The position numbers and the translations under genes were made by a program. Shown piece after piece: positions 1-7,058 of a stretch of DNA of 8,184 bases. The DNA comes from a virus (lineage: Duplodnaviria > Heunggongvirae > Uroviricota > Caudoviricetes). Where the stretch lies: IMG/VR virus record IMGVR_UViG_2617270945_000004, one strand, 5' to 3'. A model generated the notes under the pieces. That model did not search any database and had not been told where the DNA came from. It was given only the letters and a program-made list of their open reading frames with translations. Within the stretch, counting starts at the first letter, position 1; every line of letters begins with the position of its first letter.

Positions 1-462
1 GATTTTACGTCACTTAAAAAACTCAGGCCGCAGTCGGTAACCTCGCGCATACAGCCGGGCAGTGACGTCATCGTCTGCGCGGAAATGGACGAACAGTGGG
101 GCTATGTCGGGGCTAAATCGCGCCAGCGCTGGCTGTTTTACGCGTATGACAGGCTCCGGAAGACGGTTGTTGCGCACGTATTCGGTGAACGCACTATGGC
201 GACGCTGGGGCGTCTTATGAGCCTGCTGTCACCCTTTGACGTGGTGATATGGATGACGGATGGCTGGCCGCTGTATGAATCCCGCCTGAAGGGAAAGCTG
301 CACGTAATCAGCAAGCGATATACGCAGCGAATTGAGCGGCATAACCTGAATCTGAGGCAGCACCTGGCACGGCTGGGACGGAAGTCGCTGTCGTTCTCAA
401 AATCGGTGGAGCTGCATGACAAAGTCATCGGGCATTATCTGAACATAAAACACTATCAATAA
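1..462 (+). CDS. insB: IS1 transposase InsB reading frame, C-terminal part (partial, 5' end outside window)
   Basis: ORF track 85..462 gives the 125-aa tail from an internal Met; the same frame stays open back to position 1. The translation is identical to the minus-strand ORF 7705..8082 in the right-hand copy. Confidence 0.9.
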   Translation, partial: DFTSLKKLRPQSVTSRIQPGSDVIVCAEMDEQWGYVGAKSRQRWLFYAYDRLRKTVVAHVFGERTMATLGRLMSLLSPFDVVIWMTDGWPLYESRLKGKLHVISKRYTQRIERHNLNLRQHLARLGRKSLSFSKSVELHDKVIGHYLNIKHYQ

Positions 463-477
463 GTTGGAGTCATTACC
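1..477 (+). mobile_element. IS1: IS1 insertion sequence, 3' portion (5' part lies outside the window); IRR-type terminus at 460-477 faces inward
   Basis: Sequence 460-477 (taagttggagtcattacc) is the reverse complement of the IS1 terminal repeat ggtaatgactccaactta. The InsB reading frame is open from position 1 and reads ...[39 protein letters not shown]..., ending HYLNIKHYQ at 462, just before the terminus. Identification is by recall of IS1, not a search. Confidence 0.93.
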
Positions 478-516
478 CACAGGCTAAATAGTTTGAATGA
501 TTAGCAGTTATGGTGA

Positions 517-723
517 TCAGTCAACCACCAGGGAATAATCCTTCATATTATTATCGTGCTTCACCAACGCTGCCTCAATTGCTCTGAATGCTTCCAGAGA
601 CACCTTATGTTCTATACATGCAATTACAACATCAGGGTAACTCATAGAAATGGTGCTATTAAGCATATTTTTTACACGAATCAGATCCACGGAGGGATCA
701 TCAGCAGATTGTTCTTTATTCAT
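517..723 (-). CDS. ybcW: Small prophage protein of unknown function, YbcW-like (68 aa)
   Basis: 68-aa [23 protein letters not shown]...; length and position (beyond bor and the ybcV-like gene, divergent from the latter) match my recollection of ybcW in DLP12. No functional motif recognised. Confidence 0.55.
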
Positions 724-1008
724 TTTGTCGCTCCATGCGCTTGCTCTTCATCTAGCGGTTAAAATATTACTTCAAATCTTTCTGTATGAAGATTTGAGCA
801 CGTTGGCCTTACATACATCTGTCGGTTGTATTTCCCTCCAGAATGACAGCAGGACCGCACTTTGTTACGCAACCAATACTATTAAGTGAAAACATTCCTA
901 ATATTTGACATAAATCATCAACAAAACACAAAGAGGTCAGACCAGATTGAAACGATAAAAACGATAATGCAAACTACGCGCCCTCGTATCACATGGAAGG
1001 TTTTACCA

Positions 1009-1419
1009 ATGGCTCAGGTTGCCATTTTTAAAGAAATATTCGATCAAGTGCGAAAAGATTTAAACTGTGAATTGTTTTATTCTGAACTAAAACGTCACAA
1101 CGTCTCACATTATATTTACTATCTAGCCACAGATAATATTCACATCGTGTTAGAAAACGATAACACCGTGTTAATAAAAGGACTTAAAAAGGTTGTAAAT
1201 GTTAAATTCTCAAGAAACACGCATCTTATAGAAACGTCCTATGATAGGTTGAAATCAAGAGAAATCACATTTCAGCAATACAGGGAAAATCTTGCTAAAG
1301 CAGGAGTTTTCCGATGGGTTACAAATATCCATGAACATAAAAGATATTACTATACCTTTGATAATTCATTACTATTTACTGAGAGCATTCAGAACACTAC
1401 ACAAATCTTTCCACGCTAA
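1009..1419 (+). CDS. ybcV: DUF1398-family prophage protein (YbcV/YdfO-like); start uncertain
   Basis: ORF track frame 886..1419. The in-frame ATG at 1009 ([13 protein letters not shown]...) gives 136 aa, the length I recall for YbcV/YdfO, with aagg about 10 nt upstream. The ATG at 886 would add 41 residues with no recognisable RBS. Confidence 0.5.
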   Translation: MAQVAIFKEIFDQVRKDLNCELFYSELKRHNVSHYIYYLATDNIHIVLENDNTVLIKGLKKVVNVKFSRNTHLIETSYDRLKSREITFQQYRENLAKAGVFRWVTNIHEHKRYYYTFDNSLLFTESIQNTTQIFPR

Positions 1420-1709
1420 ATCATAACGTCCGGTTTCTTCCGTGTCAGCACCGGGGCGTTGGCATAATGCAATACGTGTACGCGCTAAACCCTGTGTGCA
1501 TCGTTTTTAATTATTCCCGGACACTCCCGCAGAGAAGTTCCCCGTCAGGGCTGTGGACATAGTTAATCCGGGAATACAATGACGATTCATCGCACCTGAC
1601 ATACATTAATAAATATTAACAATATGAAATTTCAACTCATTGTTTAGGGTTTGTTTAATTTTCTACACATACGATTCTGCGAACTTCAAAAAGCATCGGG
1701 AATAACACC

Positions 1710-2003
1710 ATGAAAAAAATGCTACTCGCTACTGCGCTGGCCCTGCTTATTACAGGATGTGCTCAACAGACGTTTACTGTTCAAAACAAACCGGCAGCAG
1801 TAGCACCAAAGGAAACCATCACCCATCATTTCTTCGTTTCTGGAATTGGGCAGAAGAAAACTGTCGATGCAGCCAAAATTTGTGGCGGCGCAGAAAATGT
1901 TGTTAAAACAGAAACCCAGCAAACATTCGTAAATGGATTGCTCGGTTTTATTACTTTAGGCATTTATACTCCGCTGGAAGCGCGTGTGTATTGCTCACAA
2001 TAA
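1710..2003 (+). CDS. bor: Bor outer-membrane lipoprotein (serum-resistance protein family of lambdoid phages)
   Basis: 97 aa, MKKMLLATALALLITGCAQQ...: signal peptide with lipobox ITG-C. Sits convergent to Rz immediately past the lysis cassette, the canonical bor position. Confidence 0.85.
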   Translation: MKKMLLATALALLITGCAQQTFTVQNKPAAVAPKETITHHFFVSGIGQKKTVDAAKICGGAENVVKTETQQTFVNGLLGFITLGIYTPLEARVYCSQ

Positions 2004-2010
2004 TTGCATG

Positions 2011-2032
2011 AGTTGCCCATCGATATGGGCAA
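2011..2032. terminator. Hairpin between convergent bor and Rz (9-bp stem, 4-nt loop); possible bidirectional terminator, weak U-tracts
   Basis: gttgcccat-cgat-atgggcaac is a perfect 9-bp inverted repeat lying in the 31-bp gap between the bor stop (2003) and the Rz stop (2035). Flanking T-runs are poor on both strands. Confidence 0.3.
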
Positions 2033-2034
2033 CT

Positions 2035-2496
2035 CTATCTGCACTGCTCATTAATATACTTCTGGGTTCCTTCCAGTTGTTTTTGCATAGTGATCAGCCT
2101 CTCTCTGAGGGTGAAATAATCCCGTTCAGCGGTGTCTGCCAGTCGGGGGGAGGCTGCATTATCCACGCCGGAGGCGGTGGTGGCTTCACGCACTGACTGA
2201 CAGACTGCTTTGATGTGCAACCGACGACGACCAGCGGCAACATCATCACGCAGAGCATCATTTTCAGCTTTCGCATCAGCTAACTCCTTCGTGTATTTTG
2301 CATCGAGCGCAGCAACATCACGCTGACGCATCTGCATGTCAGTAATTGCCGCGTTCGCCAGCTTCAGTTCTCTGGCATTTTTGTCGCGCTGGGCTTTGTA
2401 GGTAATGGCGTTATCACGGTAATGATTAACAGCCCATGACAGGTAGACGATGATGCAGATAACCAGAGCGGAGATAATCGCGGTTACTCTGTTCAT
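2035..2496 (-). CDS. rzpD: Rz-type i-spanin (inner-membrane spanin subunit)
   Basis: ORF track 2035..2508; the lambda-Rz-like sequence begins at [36 protein letters not shown]... (153 aa), with an N-terminal TM helix and coiled-coil-like body. Its ATG (2496..2494) overlaps the endolysin stop TGA (2495..2493), the classic R/Rz ATGA overlap. Confidence 0.85.
   Translation of the reverse strand: MNRVTAIISALVICIIVYLSWAVNHYRDNAITYKAQRDKNARELKLANAAITDMQMRQRDVAALDAKYTKELADAKAENDALRDDVAAGRRRLHIKAVCQSVREATTASGVDNAASPRLADTAERDYFTLRERLITMQKQLEGTQKYINEQCR
2094..2276 (-). CDS. rzoD: Rz1-type o-spanin lipoprotein, embedded out of frame inside Rz
   Basis: 60 aa, [23 protein letters not shown]...[15 protein letters not shown]...: lipobox VVG-C and a proline-rich mature part. 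Lies entirely within the Rz gene in a different frame, as in lambda Rz/Rz1. Confidence 0.8.
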   Translation of the reverse strand: MRKLKMMLCVMMLPLVVVGCTSKQSVSQCVKPPPPPAWIMQPPPDWQTPLNGIISPSERG

Positions 2497-2990
2497 TGCT
2501 GACCCCACAAACAGATTTCACGCTCAATCTCACGACGAGTCATGAGACCTTTCCATTGCTTACCGCCAGCATATGTCCAGCGACGTAGCTGATCACATGC
2601 GCCTTTGATATCGCCCTGGTTTATTTTGCGAAGAAGCGTCGATGTTCTGAAATTGCCAGCACCCACGTTGTAAACGAATGAGTAAAGAGCGCCGCGCGTT
2701 GTTTCCGGTATATCGACTTTGATGTACGGGTTAATTTGTCTGGCGACAGTGGCAAGGTCTTTATTCAAGAGTGCTTTGCATTCTGCTTTGGTATACGTTT
2801 TACCGAGCATGATGTCTTTTCCGGTGTGTCCGTGACATACAGTCCATACGCCAACGATATCTTTGTATGGTACGTAGCTGACACCTTCCAGACCATCGTT
2901 ACCACTTGGGCCAGTAATTAACACTGATGCTATAGCAATTGCTCCGCCACCAATAGCAGCAGCAACGGCTTTTCGTAATGATGGAGGCAT
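2493..2990 (-). CDS. rrrD: Phage-21-type SAR endolysin (T4-lysozyme-like muramidase with N-terminal signal-anchor-release domain)
   Basis: 165 aa, [36 protein letters not shown]...: Gly/Ala-rich weakly hydrophobic N-terminal SAR segment. Residues E35, D44 and T50 fall where I recall the R21 catalytic triad. Its start overlaps the holin stop by 1 nt. Confidence 0.9.
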   Translation of the reverse strand: MPPSLRKAVAAAIGGGAIAIASVLITGPSGNDGLEGVSYVPYKDIVGVWTVCHGHTGKDIMLGKTYTKAECKALLNKDLATVARQINPYIKVDIPETTRGALYSFVYNVGAGNFRTSTLLRKINQGDIKGACDQLRRWTYAGGKQWKGLMTRREIEREICLWGQQ

Positions 2991-3205
2991 TATTCACCTC
3001 TCGCAGCCTTGCGCTTATCTTCTTTAATCTTGAAATAAAGGTTTGTCAGGTACGTCAGCAGGCCAAATACCAGGCTACCCAGCACACCTATTGCTGCCCA
3101 CTGTGAGGGCGTGACTTTATCGAGCAGCTGTAAAAACCAGTAACCGGCACTACCTGCTGAGGTGCCATAGGCGACACCCGTTGTTAACTTATCCATGGAT
3201 TTCAT
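2990..3205 (-). CDS. essD: Phage-21-type pinholin (class II holin) with dual-start motif MKSM
   Basis: ORF track 2990..3250. The S21-like sequence begins [26 protein letters not shown]... (71 aa) with GAGGTGGGG Shine-Dalgarno immediately upstream. Two TM segments and a charged C-terminus. Met1 and Met4 give the antiholin/holin pair typical of S21. Confidence 0.85.
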
Positions 3206-3330
3206 AACCCCACCTCGCAGACAAAGCGGGTGTAAATTGAGGGAATACAACGTATCGCAAAAAAGCAGAAACGTAACAGACTCGGAGTCAGTGAATAACT
3301 CAGGTATTGGGTTATCAGCTAATATCGAGA

Positions 3331-3366
3331 CTCAAAAAATGGAAAAACCCGCTCGACGGCGGGTTT
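3331..3366 (-). terminator. Intrinsic-terminator-like hairpin with U-tract on the minus (late-operon) strand, about 140 bp upstream of the pinholin start
   Basis: Plus strand 3345-3366 aaacccgc-tcgacg-gcgggttt (5 GC pairs plus 3 AT pairs). On the minus strand the hairpin is followed by tttttccatttttt (3331-3344). On the plus strand only ttt follows. Confidence 0.45.
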
Positions 3367-3710
3367 AAGCTGTGTGACGAAGTAACCACTCTTAACAGCA
3401 TAACCAATTTTTTACGTACGTAAACCACTAAATGATATTTGCGAGAATGCTACCGAGTATTGAAAACACCACTACAAATACATAAGCAAATCTCAACAAA
3501 TAACCAACAAATAATTTCCAGCGTTATTTTTAGCTGGTTTAAATTGAATCTTCAAATTATAGAGCGCTTATAAATAACAGCCATTAATATAAATTGGCTA
3601 ATAGATTTATTTTTATTCAGCCAAGAGCCATGAATAGGATTCGATAGAAAAAGTTCAGATAAAAATAGAGATCTACTTCACAAATCAAATGAGAAACCAA
3701 AACTTACATC

Positions 3711-3740
3711 TTGAAATAATCACATTGATTAGATGAATAT
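3711..3740 (+). promoter_or_regulatory. Candidate sigma70 promoter for the porin gene (TTGAAA-18-GAATAT) within an AT-rich upstream region
   Basis: ttgaaa at 3711-3716 and gaatat at 3735-3740, about 50 nt upstream of the porin ATG; the surrounding 3400-3790 is strongly AT-rich. Hexamer match only, no experimental basis. Confidence 0.25.
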
Positions 3741-3792
3741 TTATCGCGCAGTGACATCATTTTTTAATAATAGTTCAAAAAAAGGGCTCACG

Positions 3793-4875
3793 ATGAAAAA
3801 ATTAACAGTGGCAATTTCTGCTGTAGCTGCATCAGTACTGATGGCGATGTCTGCTCAGGCAGCTGAAATTTATAATAAAGACAGTAACAAGCTGGATCTG
3901 TACGGGAAAGTTAATGCTAAGCACTACTTCTCCTCTAATGATGCAGATGATGGTGATACTACTTATGCCCGTCTTGGCTTCAAAGGTGAAACCCAAATCA
4001 ACGATCAACTGACTGGTTTCGGTCAGTGGGAATATGAATTCAAAGGCAACCGCGCTGAATCTCAAGGTTCCTCCAAAGATAAAACCCGTCTTGCCTTCGC
4101 TGGCCTGAAATTCGGTGACTACGGCTCCATCGATTATGGCCGTAACTACGGTGTAGCATACGATATTGGTGCATGGACCGACGTTCTGCCAGAATTCGGT
4201 GGCGATACCTGGACCCAAACAGATGTATTCATGACTGGTCGCACCACAGGTGTTGCAACTTATCGTAACAATGACTTCTTTGGTCTGGTTGATGGTCTGA
4301 ACTTTGCTGCTCAGTATCAGGGTAAAAATGACCGCACTGACGTAACTGAAGCTAATGGTGATGGTTTCGGTTTCTCCACTACTTATGAGTATGAAGGATT
4401 CGGTGTAGGTGCAACCTATGCTAAATCTGACCGCACTAATAATCAGGTTATCTACGGTAACAACAGCCTGAATGCATCTGGTCAAAATGCTGAAGTATGG
4501 GCAGCTGGTCTGAAATATGATGCGAACAACATCTATCTGGCTACCACCTATTCTGAAACCCAGAACATGACTGTTTTTGGTAATAACCATATTGCCAACA
4601 AAGCACAAAACTTCGAAGTAGTTGCACAATATCAGTTCGACTTCGGTCTGCGTCCGTCCGTTGCTTACCTGCAATCTAAAGGAAAAGACTTGGGTGCGTG
4701 GGGTGATCAGGACCTGGTTGAATATATTGATGTAGGTGCAACCTATTACTTCAACAAAAATATGTCCACTTTTGTTGATTACAAAATCAACCTGATTGAT
4801 AAGAGCGATTTCACGAAAGCATCTGGCGTTGCTACCGATGATATCGTTGCTGTAGGTATGGTTTACCAGTTCTAA
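3793..4875 (+). CDS. nmpC: General-diffusion outer-membrane porin of the OmpC/OmpF/PhoE family, phage-borne NmpC/Lc type (360-aa precursor)
   Basis: ORF track 3733..4875. The likely true start is ATG 3793 ([23 protein letters not shown] signal peptide; aaaggg RBS). Mature N-terminus [17 protein letters not shown], the motif [18 protein letters not shown] and the C-terminal ...VAVGMVYQF (terminal Phe) are hallmarks of enterobacterial 16-strand porins. Confidence 0.9.
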   Translation: MKKLTVAISAVAASVLMAMSAQAAEIYNKDSNKLDLYGKVNAKHYFSSNDADDGDTTYARLGFKGETQINDQLTGFGQWEYEFKGNRAESQGSSKDKTRLAFAGLKFGDYGSIDYGRNYGVAYDIGAWTDVLPEFGGDTWTQTDVFMTGRTTGVATYRNNDFFGLVDGLNFAAQYQGKNDRTDVTEANGDGFGFSTTYEYEGFGVGATYAKSDRTNNQVIYGNNSLNASGQNAEVWAAGLKYDANNIYLATTYSETQNMTVFGNNHIANKAQNFEVVAQYQFDFGLRPSVAYLQSKGKDLGAWGDQDLVEYIDVGATYYFNKNMSTFVDYKINLIDKSDFTKASGVATDDIVAVGMVYQF

Positions 4876-4890
4876 TTTGATTACTAAAAG

Positions 4891-4925
4891 ATATGTTGCG
4901 GGAGGCTTTGCCTCCCCAACATATA
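4891..4925 (-). terminator. Imperfect 34-nt palindrome followed on the minus strand by cttttag; candidate tR'-like terminator of a short late-promoter transcript
   Basis: atatgttgcgggaggc-ttt-gcctccccaacatat (one mismatch in the stem). It lies about 140 nt downstream (minus sense) of the Q stop, where lambdoid phages place pR', qut and tR'. A second 7-bp hairpin aagtggc...gccactt sits at 4926-4947. Confidence 0.3.
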
Positions 4926-5011
4926 AGTGGCTCCCTCAAGCCACTTCCTTTAGGAGCACAACCTTGCTTCTAACTATATAAACCTTCTGTTATATATTAC
5001 CCTTTATTTTT

Positions 5012-5040
5012 GGGGGCGTCTCAACGCCCCATTTTTAATA
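5012..5040 (+). terminator. Rho-independent terminator-like hairpin with T-tract on the plus strand; probable porin terminator
   Basis: ggggcgt-ctca-acgcccc (7-bp GC-rich stem) followed by atttttaataattttt, the first clean hairpin-plus-U-tract downstream of the porin stop at 4875. On the minus strand it is followed by A-rich sequence. Confidence 0.4.
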
Positions 5041-5063
5041 ATTTTTAGTAAACAATTGGCATA

Positions 5064-5447
5064 TTAATTAGAGTTATTAACAACGATATCCATCTCTAAC
5101 CGGATATCTAATGCCATTAACATCCCTTCAATTATACCCTCAGCCTTCTGTAACCTTTTCCCGATATAACCATCAGAGCAGCAATGCTTACCTGCCAGTG
5201 ACATGAATGTCATACCGACTACATAATAATCTACTAATAAATCGTGCAAATCGCTGTTGTTCTTTTTCAGACGGGCCATGCACCCGCAAATGATCATCGC
5301 GTCATCGTCACAACATTGCGGGCGAGATTTTACTTTTGAAGTAATTAATCCCTTAAAACCGGCGGCAATGGACGACCAGGTCACATCTTCATGATTATTA
5401 GCCGCCCACGCTCCCCAACGCTCAAGAACCATCTGAATATCACGCAT
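5064..5447 (-). CDS. quuD: Late-gene antitermination protein Q (phage 21 / DLP12 QuuD type)
   Basis: ORF track 5064..5462. The start with a good RBS is ATG 5447 (ggag 7 nt upstream), giving 127 aa: [26 protein letters not shown]...[16 protein letters not shown]... Position is immediately upstream of the porin and lysis genes, downstream of the nin/rusA cluster. Confidence 0.8.
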   Translation of the reverse strand: MRDIQMVLERWGAWAANNHEDVTWSSIAAGFKGLITSKVKSRPQCCDDDAMIICGCMARLKKNNSDLHDLLVDYYVVGMTFMSLAGKHCCSDGYIGKRLQKAEGIIEGMLMALDIRLEMDIVVNNSN

Positions 5448-5532
5448 CAACTTACTCCACAAAAATCAGACCAGAACGCCAATTACAAGCAAAAATCAAT
5501 AAAACAGTATTAGTTGATTGTTATCTCTGACT

Positions 5533-5673
5533 TCATACTCCTGCTCCTGTCAGGGTTTTGGCGTAATTCCTCAGTATTCGGTAATCGGTCAAAACAGAAC
5601 TGGGGAAACGATATAAGCGCAGGCGCATCCAGCGGTGGCGAAGAAGTTCTGCCATATTAAACTCAAACATCAT
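5533..5673 (-). CDS. ylcG: Small protein YlcG-like (46 aa), not in the ORF track
   Basis: Hand translation of the minus strand: [46 protein letters not shown], then stop. Its ATG overlaps the rusA stop (gaATGAtg). The 46-aa length and rusA-to-Q position match my recollection of DLP12 ylcG. Confidence 0.5.
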   Translation of the reverse strand: MMFEFNMAELLRHRWMRLRLYRFPSSVLTDYRILRNYAKTLTGAGV

Positions 5674-6032
5674 TCATTCCCCATTTCGGTGATGGTCAGT
5701 TCCAGCCTCCCACCTTTGGTAACAGGCATCTTCACAACGCGGTAATCAACGACCTGAGCATCATCCAGCCAGAAACCTGCTTTGGTGAGTGCGTCAAAAG
5801 CGGCTTTTTGCAGATTATCCAGGTCACGGCGACGGCGATCCGGCATGTGGCACTCAATACGGATTTTCACTGGCATAGCCAGGCCGATATCCAGCATTGC
5901 GTTTTTAATGATTCGGGTGACGTTATCGCGGTATGCCTGCCCTTCTGCGCTGATGTGTGTGCGCCCGCGATTATGGCGGTAATAGCGATTATTGCTCGGA
6001 GGCCAGGGTAATGTGATGCTGTAGGTATTCAC
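5670..6032 (-). CDS. rusA: RusA Holliday-junction resolvase (crossover junction endodeoxyribonuclease)
   Basis: 120 aa, [37 protein letters not shown]...[31 protein letters not shown]; matches the RusA family essentially along its full length. Its start overlaps the ybcO stop. Confidence 0.92.
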   Translation of the reverse strand: MNTYSITLPWPPSNNRYYRHNRGRTHISAEGQAYRDNVTRIIKNAMLDIGLAMPVKIRIECHMPDRRRRDLDNLQKAAFDALTKAGFWLDDAQVVDYRVVKMPVTKGGRLELTITEMGNE

Positions 6033-6319
6033 GCCTTAATAACCCCCTCTTTCAGCCAGATAACCTGTGTTCTCGCCATACCTTCCAGCGCGCATTCTTT
6101 TGCATATGCAGCATCGACAAAATGTGTGCGGCGGTCGATTTCGTCGTGGCAGGCAGAACATGCAATGGTGGCAATCAGGTCTGGCGGTTTCGTACCGGTG
6201 CCGCACAATCCAGTCAGCCGGATATGTGCCAGTACAGACGTTTCAGGGTTGCCATTACATACGCCAGGGATTCTTACCTGGCATTCCCGACCACGCGCTG
6301 CTTTTCTCAAATCAGCCAT
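6029..6319 (-). CDS. ybcO: YbcO-like prophage protein (DUF1364, Cys-rich putative nuclease), 96 aa
   Basis: ORF track 6029..6358. The start with a strong RBS is ATG 6319 (aggagga upstream): [62 protein letters not shown]... The start overlaps the ninE stop. Confidence 0.75.
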   Translation of the reverse strand: MADLRKAARGRECQVRIPGVCNGNPETSVLAHIRLTGLCGTGTKPPDLIATIACSACHDEIDRRTHFVDAAYAKECALEGMARTQVIWLKEGVIKA

Positions 6320-6482
6320 GACTCCTCCTTGCTGCCAGTCGCAACCATTTTTTATCAACCAGGCTGGCGGTATATCCGAGCAGTGTTGGTATTTCGGAAG
6401 GCTTCAGCTCCGGTTTACGCTTACGACGATTTGGTACTCTGTAGATGTGTCCGTTCATGACACGAATAAGCGGTGTAGCCAT
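6312..6482 (-). CDS. ninE: NinE-like small protein (56 aa), not in the ORF track
   Basis: Hand translation of the minus strand: [56 protein letters not shown], then stop. Its ATG (6482..6480) overlaps the ybcN stop by 1 nt and its stop overlaps the ybcO start. Confidence 0.65.
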   Translation of the reverse strand: MATPLIRVMNGHIYRVPNRRKRKPELKPSEIPTLLGYTASLVDKKWLRLAARRSHG

Positions 6483-6937
6483 TACGCCTCCTGTTTGTCG
6501 CGGAGCTGCTGGAACTCGCAGCTCTGCGGAATAGTCAGGTGGCGGCCAATATTCACCGCCCAGGCTTCAACCTTACACAGGAAGATATACATCTCTCCGG
6601 TATCAAGATCGGAGGTATGGCGTAACGACTGGATAGTAGTGATTTCGCCGGTTACGACATCAACCAGGTCCTTGGTTTCATAACCGAGGTATGTGTGTTT
6701 GAGAGCATCTTTTACCCATGCTGCGGTAGCGAACGATTTCCCCCTGCTGATGAGGTATTCACTGATTTCGCTGTACCACATGTGGCTGAGTGCATTCTGG
6801 GAAAGACTGCGTTTCTCACGCCACGGTTTAAGCACCATGCGAAAGCATTTTCCGTCCTCCAGATAAGGCTGGATCTGCTGGCCGATAGCGGTGAAGTTAC
6901 CGCGATGCAGTTTGATGCCATCTTGTGGTAGGTTCAC
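6482..6937 (-). CDS. ybcN: YbcN-like nin-region protein (151 aa), GTG start
   Basis: 151 aa, [55 protein letters not shown]... The initiation codon is GTG (plus-strand cac at 6935-6937), preceded by GGAGG with 6-nt spacing. Confidence 0.75.
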   Translation of the reverse strand: MNLPQDGIKLHRGNFTAIGQQIQPYLEDGKCFRMVLKPWREKRSLSQNALSHMWYSEISEYLISRGKSFATAAWVKDALKHTYLGYETKDLVDVVTGEITTIQSLRHTSDLDTGEMYIFLCKVEAWAVNIGRHLTIPQSCEFQQLRDKQEA

Positions 6938-7058
6938 GCTTCACCTCCGCAGAGGTCAGACGCTGGATGCAAAAAATCGCAGGTGCATTTCTGCATCTGT
7001 GAAGGGAGAAGAGAGTTTGGATTGTATGTGCGCATAAACGTCCCCGTTTAGCGCAGAA

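Noticed and set aside
138-428. 96-aa ORFs antisense to insB in both IS1 copies (138..428 minus, 7739..8029 plus)
   Set aside because: They lie within the InsB coding region on the opposite strand; IS1 is known to encode only insA and insB on one strand.
556-889. Plus-strand ORFs 556..762 and 650..889
   Set aside because: They overlap the ybcW-like gene antisense or fall in the divergent intergenic region, with no RBS or recognisable features.
1722-2196. ORFs 1722..1922 (minus) and 1984..2196 (plus)
   Set aside because: Antisense to bor and to Rz/Rz1 respectively. The latter spans the convergent gene junction and the terminator hairpin.
2497-2508. Upstream start (MGSAM...) for Rz
   Set aside because: It would begin inside the endolysin coding region; ATG 2496 reproduces the conserved R/Rz ATGA overlap and the lambda-Rz-like N-terminus MNRVTAII.
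2736-2921. 61-aa plus-strand ORF inside the endolysin gene
   Set aside because: Antisense to a gene with conserved catalytic residues; no independent support.
3206-3250. Upstream start ([15 protein letters not shown]...) for the holin
   Set aside because: No RBS, and it would add a 15-residue leader before the conserved dual-start MKSM; the GAGGTGGGG Shine-Dalgarno is positioned for Met 3205.
3400-3790. Possible tRNA or small RNA in the AT-rich region between the holin and the porin
   Set aside because: Lambdoid phages sometimes carry tRNAs between Q and S, but I could not identify any cloverleaf-compatible segment with conserved T-loop or D-loop motifs. The region looks like an AT-rich promoter/UP-element tract.
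3733-3792. Porin N-terminal extension from ATG 3733 ([20 protein letters not shown]...)
   Set aside because: The extension precedes a textbook signal peptide that starts at Met 3793 with its own RBS; a 20-residue leader ahead of a signal peptide would block export.
3832-4674. 280-aa ORF on the minus strand, antisense to the porin gene
   Set aside because: Entirely inside the porin CDS, which has a clear signal peptide, family motifs and terminal Phe. The antisense translation is low-complexity with no recognisable features, no RBS and no homology I can recall. Long antisense ORFs are common opposite well-conserved genes.
5448-5462. Upstream start (MWSKL...) for the Q gene
   Set aside because: No Shine-Dalgarno upstream of 5462, whereas ATG 5447 has ggag at optimal spacing and gives the 127-aa length I recall for this Q family.
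5782-6011. Plus-strand ORFs 5782..5982 and 5808..6011 inside rusA
   Set aside because: Antisense to the full-length RusA match; Arg/Ser-rich translations typical of antisense frames.
6320-6358. Upstream start (MIKNGCDWQQGGV...) for ybcO
   Set aside because: It overlaps the ninE C-terminus in another frame; ATG 6319 has a strong aggagga RBS and gives the expected 96 aa.
6067-6683. Plus-strand ORFs 6067..6321, 6122..6460 and 6126..6683 (84-185 aa)
   Set aside because: Antisense to the tightly packed ybcO/ninE/ybcN genes, which have RBSs and family-level matches. The plus-strand ORFs have no RBS or recognisable motifs.
6695-6931. ORFs 6695..6931 (plus) and 6712..6921 (minus, alternate frame) within ybcN
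   Set aside because: Overlap the ybcN CDS antisense or out of frame; no support beyond being open.
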